Source: Candidatus Anoxymicrobium japonicum (GTDB taxonomy: Bacteria; Actinomycetota; Geothermincolia; Fen-727; Anoxymicrobiaceae). From it: a DNA stretch of 49,230 nt. Both the position numbers and the translations under genes were made by a program. Each line of letters begins with the position of its first letter. Position 1 is the first letter of the stretch. A model generated the notes under the pieces. The model was not told the DNA's origin. It did no database searches and worked only from the letters and a program-made list of their open reading frames with translations. The stretch covers positions 1-49,230 of the forward strand of contig PHEX01000001.1 of the NCBI GenBank assembly GCA_002843005.1. Direction: 5' to 3'. Positions 42,038 through 49,230 of the stretch are shown piece after piece.

Positions 42038-43081
42038 ATGAAGTTGATTGTCGTCATGGGCCGTGAGCCCGCGTACACCAGAAACAAGGTCATACTCGAC
42101 GGCCTCAGGGCTGAGGGCGTCGAGCTTGTCGAATGCGTCGATTCGGCGGGCAACTATCCCGCGCGTTTTCTCAAGGTGATGGGGAAGTTCCTTGCCGGGT
42201 CTCGCGGGGACAGCGACGCAGTGTTCGTCGGTTTCTTCGGGCAGCCACTGATGCCTTTTGTGAGCAGGCTTACCCGCAAGCCAGTCGCGCTCGACGCTTT
42301 CCTTTCGGGCTACGACACGATGTGCTTCGACAGAAAAAAGTTCCCACCCGACTCCGCGCGCGGCAGGCTATTTTATCGTCTCGACAAATCCGCCTGCGAG
42401 AGAGCAGACGTGGTTCTCCTCGACACGAACGCGTATGTCGATTACTTCGTGGAGACGTTTGGGCTTGCCCGTGAGAAGTTCAGGCGTGTTTTTGTCGGGG
42501 CTGAGACGAACGTTTTCTATCCGAGAGACGACGGAAAAAATGACGGCGCATTCAACGTTTTCTACTACTGCACGTTCCTCCCTGTTCACGGGGTCGAACA
42601 CGTGCTTGATGCCGCTCGCATCCTGGAAGGCGAGCGGGACATAAGGTTCAAGGTCGTTGGAGCGCAGAAGGACAAAGCCGGCACCCTGTCTGGCAACATA
42701 GAACTCGTGGAATGGATCGATTACAGCAAGCTTCCGGAATCGATTGCGGCGGCCGACATCTGCCTCGGCGGCCACTTCTCAAACGTCGCGAAGGCCAGCC
42801 GGGTGATAGCGGGAAAGACGTTCCAGTTTCTCGCAATGAGGAAGGCGACCATCGTGGGCGACAACCAGGCGAACAGGGAGCTTCTGACGCACAAGAAAGA
42901 CACACTGATGGTAAAAATGGCGGACTCCGAATCGCTTGCGAGCGCAATTCGCGAACTCAAGCAAGATGAGGGGCTGCTGAATCGGATAGCAGGCGAGGGT
43001 TACCGCACCTTTGAAGAAAACTGCACACCGGAGATCATCGGGGCGCAGGTGGCTCGAATCATCAGGGAAATCATCGGCTAG
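42038..43081 (+). CDS. GT-B fold glycosyltransferase (divergent GT1/GT4-like)
   Basis: 347 aa with a two-Rossmann-like layout. MKLIVVMGREPAYTRNKVILDGL N-terminus and KASRVIAGKTFQFLAMRKATIVGD in the C-half. No clean E-x7-E. Confidence 0.62.
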   Translation: MKLIVVMGREPAYTRNKVILDGLRAEGVELVECVDSAGNYPARFLKVMGKFLAGSRGDSDAVFVGFFGQPLMPFVSRLTRKPVALDAFLSGYDTMCFDRKKFPPDSARGRLFYRLDKSACERADVVLLDTNAYVDYFVETFGLAREKFRRVFVGAETNVFYPRDDGKNDGAFNVFYYCTFLPVHGVEHVLDAARILEGERDIRFKVVGAQKDKAGTLSGNIELVEWIDYSKLPESIAAADICLGGHFSNVAKASRVIAGKTFQFLAMRKATIVGDNQANRELLTHKKDTLMVKMADSESLASAIRELKQDEGLLNRIAGEGYRTFEENCTPEIIGAQVARIIREIIG

Positions 43082-44127
43082 CTGTTGATGGCGTCGGAGA
43101 GCCTTGTTACATAACGGCGGAGCATGTTTCGCGCGTCTGTGTCGTTACATATTTCGTTTTTGAACCGGCGCCTTTTCCTGACGCATGCAGGGATTCTCAT
43201 CAAGCCCTGCACAGTTCCTCTGATAACCGCGAGAAGCAGCGATGCGGTAGAGAGGTTTTCTCTGTATGACTCCAGCCGTCGGCCGCCCCCGCGGGAGGTG
43301 AGTCCGGCAACGACCAAACTGGCGAATCTGTACAAAGTGAACAGCGGCGAAACCGCGATGTCGCGCGTCGGATAGTTTTTTGCGAGAACACACATGCGGT
43401 TTCTCTCCACCAGGGAGATTTTTCGGGCCGGGTTTCCGCCGCTGGCGCCGTGCCGGTGCCTGCACATCGCCTCGGGGCACAGAAGCGAGCGATACCCCGC
43501 GAGTCGCCCCCGCCAGGCGATGTCGACGTCCTCCATGTAGGCGAAGAAATCCTCGTCGAAAAGACCTGTTCTTTCAAGTGCGGATCGCCTGTAAAGAGAT
43601 GCGCCAGCGCAGGTTCCGAAAATATCCGTTTCACCGTCGTATTGCCCGATGTCGGCATGGTTGATGCCCCTGTTGAACGCGGAGCCATCGCGCCAGATCA
43701 CTATGCCCGCATTGTTGAATATCTTTTTGCCCGAACCCTCATCGAAGAAGTACATTTTCGGCTGGCACGACCAGACATCGCCTGACGATGAGTTCATGGT
43801 GTCGACGAGCGACTCCAGGCAATTCTTGTCCAGTACGACGTCGTTGTTTAGCGTGAAAACGTACTCGGCGCTTTTTCTTTCGAGGATGTGTTCAATGACA
43901 CGGTTGTTGCCTGCGGCAAACCCCAGGTTGACAGGGGACCTTATAACCTTGATCTGAGGGAACCCGCGTTCGATGAGTTCAACGGAACCGTCGGTTGAAC
44001 CGTTATCGAGGAGCAGAACCGAGAATTGTTTGAACGTCTGCCGCTCGAGTGCCGCTAGGCACTCGGCGAGATACGCCTCCCCGTTGTAGTTGACAATCAC
44101 GACCGCGACGCGGTCTGCTTTCTCCAT
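43078..44127 (-). CDS. GT2 family glycosyltransferase (rhamnosyltransferase-like)
   Basis: ATG 44127 (MEKADRVAVVIVNYNGEAYL), LLDNGSTDGS, TLNNDVVL and YMEDVDIAWR. The ORF track N-terminal extension to 44292 is unsupported. Confidence 0.85.
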   Translation of the reverse strand: MEKADRVAVVIVNYNGEAYLAECLAALERQTFKQFSVLLLDNGSTDGSVELIERGFPQIKVIRSPVNLGFAAGNNRVIEHILERKSAEYVFTLNNDVVLDKNCLESLVDTMNSSSGDVWSCQPKMYFFDEGSGKKIFNNAGIVIWRDGSAFNRGINHADIGQYDGETDIFGTCAGASLYRRSALERTGLFDEDFFAYMEDVDIAWRGRLAGYRSLLCPEAMCRHRHGASGGNPARKISLVERNRMCVLAKNYPTRDIAVSPLFTLYRFASLVVAGLTSRGGGRRLESYRENLSTASLLLAVIRGTVQGLMRIPACVRKRRRFKNEICNDTDARNMLRRYVTRLSDAINS

Positions 44128-44227
44128 CACTACCCTGCTTTCTTCTGTGTCAACATGAATGAGACACCTGCTCCCCAATAGTTTACTGTACAACTGAGCA
44201 AGTTGAGGGCGGGAAGAAGGCCTCCCG

Positions 44228-44251
44228 TTGAACCGCGTCTCTAAAGGCGCG
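44228..44251 (+). repeat. conserved 24-nt box ttgaNccgcgtctctaaaggcgcg, copy 2
   Basis: See 29683-29706. It lies in the divergent intergenic region between 44127 (-) and 44387 (+). Confidence 0.55.
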
Positions 44252-44386
44252 ATTTCGTTTGGCCACAAGGCGGTCCGAGATGACGCCCACATCCGATCTC
44301 TCCCTTTCAGCGGAATAGCCGGCTTGCTGGCGCTGTCCCATTGGGATAATGTGTCATATACAACAGTCAGAGTCAGGGAGGCTCAC

Positions 44387-45268
44387 GTGAAGATCAACAA
44401 AGTCAGCGTCATAGTGCCCACATACAACGAAGAAGAGGCCATCGCCGGCGACCTCGAGGTCATCCTCGAGACCATGGAGGCTTCGCGGTGGGAGTATGAA
44501 GTCATTGTAGTCAACGACGGCTCGACCGACAGAACCGCCGAGGTTGTCAGGGGTTTCGAGAACGTGAAGCTTCTCGAGCACAGGGAGAACCGTGGCGGCG
44601 GGTTCGCGCGCAATACCGGTATAAAGGCCGCCACGGGAGATGTGGTCATGGTCACAGATGGTGACGGCACCTACCCGAACCAGGACATGCCGAAGCTCCT
44701 CGAGATTATGGAAAACGAAAACCTCGACATGGTGGTGGGAGCGCGCACCAAAGAGTCGGGGACGATGCGCTTCCTGCGGATGCGCGCGAAGTGGTTCATT
44801 CGCAAGCTTGCCGAAAAGCTTTCCGGCTTCAGCATCCCTGACCTCAACTCGGGCCTGCGTGCGATGAAAAAGGACGTGTTCATGCCGTTCATGGACATCC
44901 TGCCGTGGGGGCACTCCTGGGTTTCGACGATCACGCTCGCGATGTTGTCCTCCGGTTACAACGTTGACTTTGTGGACATCGACTATTTCCCGAGGAAGGG
45001 CGCCAGCACTTTTCATCCGATCAAGGATACTTACAGCTACATCACCCTGGTGATCCGCACGGTGACGTGGTTCAATCCTCTCAAGGTGTTCTTCCCACTG
45101 GCGCTCCTCACCATAGCGACCGGTATTGTCAAACTGATAGCAGACTCCATAATCCACAACTATTTCCGCGTGACTGGCGTCACCATCATCGTGCTACTGG
45201 TGGGCATACAACTGGTGGCGCTCGGCCTGCTCGCCGATCTTGTTGTGCAACGCGTTAGACGACCGTGA
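44387..45268 (+). CDS. GtrB/ArnC-like polyprenyl-phosphate glycosyltransferase (GT2 with two C-terminal TM helices)
   Basis: GTG 44387 lies 5 nt after AGGGAGG. VSVIVPTYNEEEAI, VVNDGSTDRT, NRGGGFARNTG and VTDGDGTYP. C-terminal FFPLALLTIATGIVKLI and VTIIVLLVGIQLVALGLLADLV. Confidence 0.85.
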   Translation: MKINKVSVIVPTYNEEEAIAGDLEVILETMEASRWEYEVIVVNDGSTDRTAEVVRGFENVKLLEHRENRGGGFARNTGIKAATGDVVMVTDGDGTYPNQDMPKLLEIMENENLDMVVGARTKESGTMRFLRMRAKWFIRKLAEKLSGFSIPDLNSGLRAMKKDVFMPFMDILPWGHSWVSTITLAMLSSGYNVDFVDIDYFPRKGASTFHPIKDTYSYITLVIRTVTWFNPLKVFFPLALLTIATGIVKLIADSIIHNYFRVTGVTIIVLLVGIQLVALGLLADLVVQRVRRP

Positions 45269-45281
45269 CGAAAGCACGTTA

Positions 45282-46526
45282 ATGTCAGCGTCATCTCTCG
45301 AGAAACGAATAGCGGATCGCACCGCTGTGGTTGGCGTTGTCGGGTTGGGATACGTCGGGATCCCGCTCGCGAGCCGCGTCATGGAGTCCGGTTATCCGTT
45401 GAGGGGCATCGACAAGTACGCAGGCGGCGAACGCCTGGAGGAGCTCGGCGAGCTTGGCATAGAAGCATCTAATGATTTTGACGTGCTGCGCGACTGTGAC
45501 ATCGTTTTGATTTGCGTGCCAACCCCGCTCGCGGAAGGGCAACTGCCCGACACTTCCTTTATATCTGATGCGACGGTTGACATTTGCGCGAATCTCGCGC
45601 GCGACGCCGGTCCTCGGCTGGTTGTTTTAGAAAGCACGTCTTACCCGGGCACGACAAGAGAGATAATGCTCCCGATTTTCGAGGACAATGGCTTCCAATT
45701 AGGTGAGGATCTCTTGCTGGCGTTTGCGCCCGAGCGCGTCGATCCGGGCACGTGCCCGTTGCCTTACAGGGAAATCCCTCGCGTTGTAGGCAGCCTCGAC
45801 GAAGCATCAGGTCGTGTGGCGCATGCTTTCTACAGCACGATTGTCGATGAGGTCGCGCTTGTCTCCACGCCTGAGGTCGCCGAGACGGCAAAGCTGCTCG
45901 AGAATATCTTCCGCGCCGTGAACATCGCGCTCGTCAATGAGATGGCCCTGCTTTGCCGGCGCATGGACATTGACATCTGGGAGGTTGTCGAGGCCGCGTC
46001 GACCAAGCCGTTCGGGTTCATGTCCTTCAAGCCGGGCCCCGGCCTTGGCGGCCACTGTATCCCGGTCGATCCGTTCTACCTCGCTTGGAAGGCGAAGAAA
46101 TATGATTTCTACCCGGAGTTCATCGAGCTCGCCGGAAAGGTCAACAGGGCTATGCCGTTCCACGTGGTGGAGTGGGTGTCGGAGGTTTTGAACGATGCCG
46201 GCAAGAGCATTAAATCTTCACGTGTGCTGGTGGTGGGTGTCGCGTACAAGGAGAAAGTCGCTGACACACGCGAGTCCCCCGCGCTCAAGATTATGGAGCT
46301 CCTGGCGGAACGTGGTGGCGACGTGATTTACCACGACCCGTTCGTGGGCGTCGTCGAGGTGGGCGGGAAAGAGTACGCTTCGACGCCACTGAACCACGAT
46401 GCGCTTGCTAGCTGCGACTGTGTCCTCATTGTCACCGCGCACCCAAACATCGACCTCGACCTCATCGCGTCATCGGGGGTACCGGTTGTTGACACGCGGA
46501 ACGCCCTGGGGCGAGGAGGCAAGTGA
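45282..46526 (+). CDS. UDP-N-acetylhexosamine 6-dehydrogenase family (WbpA/WecC-like nucleotide-sugar dehydrogenase)
   Basis: VGVVGLGYVGIPLA Rossmann motif, catalytic-Cys motif GLGGHCIPVDPFYLAWKAKKY and VGVAYKEKVADTRESPA. Confidence 0.88.
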   Translation: MSASSLEKRIADRTAVVGVVGLGYVGIPLASRVMESGYPLRGIDKYAGGERLEELGELGIEASNDFDVLRDCDIVLICVPTPLAEGQLPDTSFISDATVDICANLARDAGPRLVVLESTSYPGTTREIMLPIFEDNGFQLGEDLLLAFAPERVDPGTCPLPYREIPRVVGSLDEASGRVAHAFYSTIVDEVALVSTPEVAETAKLLENIFRAVNIALVNEMALLCRRMDIDIWEVVEAASTKPFGFMSFKPGPGLGGHCIPVDPFYLAWKAKKYDFYPEFIELAGKVNRAMPFHVVEWVSEVLNDAGKSIKSSRVLVVGVAYKEKVADTRESPALKIMELLAERGGDVIYHDPFVGVVEVGGKEYASTPLNHDALASCDCVLIVTAHPNIDLDLIASSGVPVVDTRNALGRGGK

Positions 46527-46532
46527 GGAGCG

Positions 46533-47852
46533 CTACGGCGCCGAGATCCTGTTGAGCTCATCCGCGATATTCGAAACCATGTTTAAGCTGCTGTACCTGG
46601 AGATTTTCTCGACGTCGCCATTGTACGCAAGCGTGCCCGTACGCTCGAACTCATCAAGCCAGTTCCCGAGGATGCCCGTGACGTCATCTGTGTTCCTGGC
46701 GATCACGCCGACGCGAGTGCTCTTCATGAACTCGTTTGACTTTTTGCCGGGAGTGGGCATCAGGGCGAGCACCGGGCGGCGCGCGCCAAGGTACTCAAGC
46801 AGCTTACCAGATTGATATCTCTCGCCTCCCGGTTCCCACTGGATGTAAAAGAGAGCGCTCGCGCCTTTTTGCCGGGCGATCGATTCTTTGTGAGGGACGA
46901 GCCCGAGCACGTTGACGTTGGATTCGACTCCTTGCTTGCGCGCGAGCTCGAGGAGAAGTTTCCCGTCGATGCCCGCGTAGTCGAACTGCATCATCGAGAT
47001 GTCTCTGCCAGCGTCACGCAGCCGGCGCAGCGCCTCGAGCAGCGGCCGGGGATCGCGGCTGGGGTAATTGAATCTTCCGGCAAAGAGGATGTTGAGCTTC
47101 AACCTGTCGCTCTCGATCGCCGCGACGCTGTTGAAATCATCTTCGTCGAACCCGTTGGGCTGCAGAACGGCATGTCCCTGTGGCGCCGTGACGCCAAGTT
47201 GGTCGATGATGCCGTCTGCCACCGCGATAATGCCATCGGCGCGCCCGAGCGTCAGCCGTTCGAGCTTCTTGTCCAAAGTGGCTGGAACGCGCCCGCGCGA
47301 TTCATTTATTTTGTTTGTCCATGGGTCTCGCATGTCGGCGAGCCATGGCGTGCCGAAGCGCTTCTTGACCGCGGCTGCGATGAGGTGTGTCGTTTCGGGA
47401 GGAGAAGAACTGTAGACGGCCGAGGGCTTGAATCGCTCGCAGAGCTTGAACGCTTGCTTGCGCCCGAATGGGTACCAATCGATCATTCTGTCAGGGATGC
47501 CAATCCACTGGCTCATGATATCGCTCGCTCGCGCCTTGAGACTGTCCGAGAACACGGCGTTTTCCAGTACTGTCAATTGAGACGAGTGCTGCTCGATCGA
47601 CATGCCCATCGTTTTCTTGAGCCGGAACGCGAGGTCGGGATTGGCGGTTCGGAATACGGTGACACCCGCCAGATCACCGTCAGCTTCATCGCACGCTATG
47701 ACCGCGAGCGTGTTTTTCGAGACCGTGAGGACGATCGGCGCCCATCCCAACGATGGCAAGTACTTCGCGATTTTTAGCGTCCTCAGGCTTCCGATGCCTC
47801 CGATCGGCGGATAGTAGTAGATGATCATGAGGAGTTTCTTGCCGGAGATCAT
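46533..47852 (-). CDS. GT-B fold glycosyltransferase (GT4-like)
   Basis: ATG 47852 is in an ATGA overlap with the wecB stop. KKLLMIIYYYPPIGGIGSLRTLKIAKYL N-terminus. The ORF track extension to 48050 overlaps wecB. Confidence 0.72.
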   Translation of the reverse strand: MISGKKLLMIIYYYPPIGGIGSLRTLKIAKYLPSLGWAPIVLTVSKNTLAVIACDEADGDLAGVTVFRTANPDLAFRLKKTMGMSIEQHSSQLTVLENAVFSDSLKARASDIMSQWIGIPDRMIDWYPFGRKQAFKLCERFKPSAVYSSSPPETTHLIAAAVKKRFGTPWLADMRDPWTNKINESRGRVPATLDKKLERLTLGRADGIIAVADGIIDQLGVTAPQGHAVLQPNGFDEDDFNSVAAIESDRLKLNILFAGRFNYPSRDPRPLLEALRRLRDAGRDISMMQFDYAGIDGKLLLELARKQGVESNVNVLGLVPHKESIARQKGASALFYIQWEPGGERYQSGKLLEYLGARRPVLALMPTPGKKSNEFMKSTRVGVIARNTDDVTGILGNWLDEFERTGTLAYNGDVEKISRYSSLNMVSNIADELNRISAP

Positions 47853-48934
47853 AGTCTCTCTCCAAGTATGTCCAGTATCCTCTCGCTGGCGTGCCCGTCC
47901 CATTGATGCGGGATCCGCCCTTGCCTGCCGCCCCCGTCGATAACGTCCACTGCAGTTTGCAGCAGCAACGCGCAATCCTCGGTGACTATAAGGTTCGTTC
48001 CGAACTCGACGGTCACAAGGAGCTCCGTTTCGTGACGAAGCGTCAGGCATGGCACGCCCAGAAAGGTAGTTTCTCCCTGGATGCCGCCAGAATCAGTGAT
48101 GACCAGGCGCGCGCTGGACATAAGGGCGAGAGAATCGATGTAGCCGACAGGGTCGATCGACTTTATTTTGTCGCATGCGATGACGTCCTCGCACCTTGCG
48201 CTCTTTATGTTCTTCAAGGTGCGGGGATGGATGGCAAACACAACTTTCAGGCTTTCCGAGACGCCGCGAAGCATCACCAGGATATCGCGCAACCTGCCGG
48301 GCTCGTCGACATTGCTCGGTCGGTGCAAGGTCACGAAGCAGTACTCCCCGGAAGCCAGCCCGAGTCGGCTCACGACGTCGCTCGCCTTCACTTTGTCCAT
48401 TACCAAGACGAGCGAGTCTATCATCGTGTTGCCGACCAGGAAGATAGAGTCAACGCCACGCCCTTCTCTGGCCAGGTTCCTGTTGCCGCTTTCCTCGGTG
48501 GTGAACAGGAAGTCGGCCAGGGCGTCGGTGGCTATCCGGTTCAGTTCCTCGGGCATGCCTCTGTTGAAGCTGCGAAGGCCGGCCTCGACGTGGGCGAGCG
48601 GGATGAACATCTTCGAGGCGGCGATGGCCGCGCCGAGTGTGCTGTTGACGTCCCCTACGACTATCACGGCGTCCGGCGTTTCCATGGCGAGATCGGCCTC
48701 GAGGAGCTTGATTACCTCGGCGCACTGGTAGCCCTGAGTGCCGGAGCCGACCTCCAGGTTGATGTCGGGCTGAGGAATGCCGAGCGCCATGATGAAATCG
48801 TCGCTCATGGAGTAGTCGTAATGCTGGCCCGTGTGCACAAAGCGAACCGGCACGCCCCTGCGTTCGCATTCCCTGATGACAGGGGCGACCTTCATGAAGT
48901 TAGGACGCGCTCCGGCGACGATAGTAAGTCTCAA
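47849..48934 (-). CDS. wecB: UDP-N-acetylglucosamine 2-epimerase (non-hydrolysing)
   Basis: TTG start. RLTIVAGARPNFMKVAPV, HVEAGLRS, TLHRPSNVD and TDSGGIQGETTFLGVPCLTLR. Confidence 0.92.
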   Translation of the reverse strand: MRLTIVAGARPNFMKVAPVIRECERRGVPVRFVHTGQHYDYSMSDDFIMALGIPQPDINLEVGSGTQGYQCAEVIKLLEADLAMETPDAVIVVGDVNSTLGAAIAASKMFIPLAHVEAGLRSFNRGMPEELNRIATDALADFLFTTEESGNRNLAREGRGVDSIFLVGNTMIDSLVLVMDKVKASDVVSRLGLASGEYCFVTLHRPSNVDEPGRLRDILVMLRGVSESLKVVFAIHPRTLKNIKSARCEDVIACDKIKSIDPVGYIDSLALMSSARLVITDSGGIQGETTFLGVPCLTLRHETELLVTVEFGTNLIVTEDCALLLQTAVDVIDGGGRQGRIPHQWDGHASERILDILGERL

Positions 48935-49230
48935 GTGACATCAAACCTTGCCAGTAGTGTGGCTCAAACTTAGTGCTCCATTCCATAAATCCATAAATGC
49001 GCTCACATTCGAACACCGCTGCATCCACAGTAACACATGTCATTTCGTGATTCATTCTGTCGGGCCGCCACGAACATTCCATCTGGTATAGTTAAAAAAT
49101 GGACATTGAGCGCTGCGGCAGTAAATGAAAGAGGGTCCTCACACAAATCGGTGGGTGACTGAACCCCAACAAACCTTGCCATAACGGCATTCTCCCCCTA
49201 TATTCCGGTTGTTGTATCAGCGACCAGAAC

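Noticed and set aside
42024-42041. Five-codon mini-ORF (MNRVL) whose TGA overlaps the ATG of the GT gene at 42038
   Set aside because: The GAGGAG upstream is 12 nt from its ATG, which is too far. A five-codon ORF is expected by chance. There is no evidence beyond position.
48900-49082. 60-aa Cys/Trp-containing ORF overlapping the wecB start on the minus strand
   Set aside because: It has no SD sequence and no recognisable family. It overlaps the wecB 5' end out of frame. It is kept only as part of the low-GC upstream region note.
1-49230. Search for tRNA, rRNA, prophage, integrase, transposase and toxin-antitoxin pairs
   Set aside because: I saw no cloverleaf-like GTTCGAATC-type T-arm motifs, no rRNA-like conserved blocks, and no ORF with integrase, transposase or phage structural signatures. 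Absence is based on reading by eye only and should be confirmed with tRNAscan-SE, Infernal and ISfinder-type searches.

Overview
High-GC bacterial chromosome segment. The first about 3.2 kb holds four housekeeping genes, murI, an MBL-fold hydrolase, rph and rdgB. As I recall, this order matches mycobacterial Rv1338-Rv1341, which suggests an actinobacterial-type host. The rest (about 3.2-48.9 kb) is one very large cell-envelope glycan assembly region. It contains a Wzm/Wzt ABC exporter and about 13 cytoplasmic GT2/GT4-type glycosyltransferases, two of them paralogous GT2-GT4 fusions. It also has six polytopic GT-C-like membrane proteins (ArnT/PMT-like, DUF2079, YfhO) and two polyprenyl-phosphate-sugar synthase-like GT2s. 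Sugar-nucleotide genes are rfbD, wecB and a UDP-HexNAc 6-dehydrogenase. A secreted clan GH-A-like hydrolase is interrupted by four tandem repeats. The most unusual content is a set of seven SAM-methyltransferase-type genes, most fused to coiled-coil or helical modules. A COG1373-type AAA ATPase with a PD-(D/E)xK-like tail sits behind a tandem palindromic AT-rich operator. Several short REP-like intergenic repeat families are visible. I found no tRNA, rRNA, CRISPR array, transposase, integrase, initiating phosphoglycosyltransferase, Wzx/Wzy or LCP ligase. Many start codons are TTG or GTG and are uncertain by tens of nucleotides. All family calls rest on motifs read by eye, not on searches.
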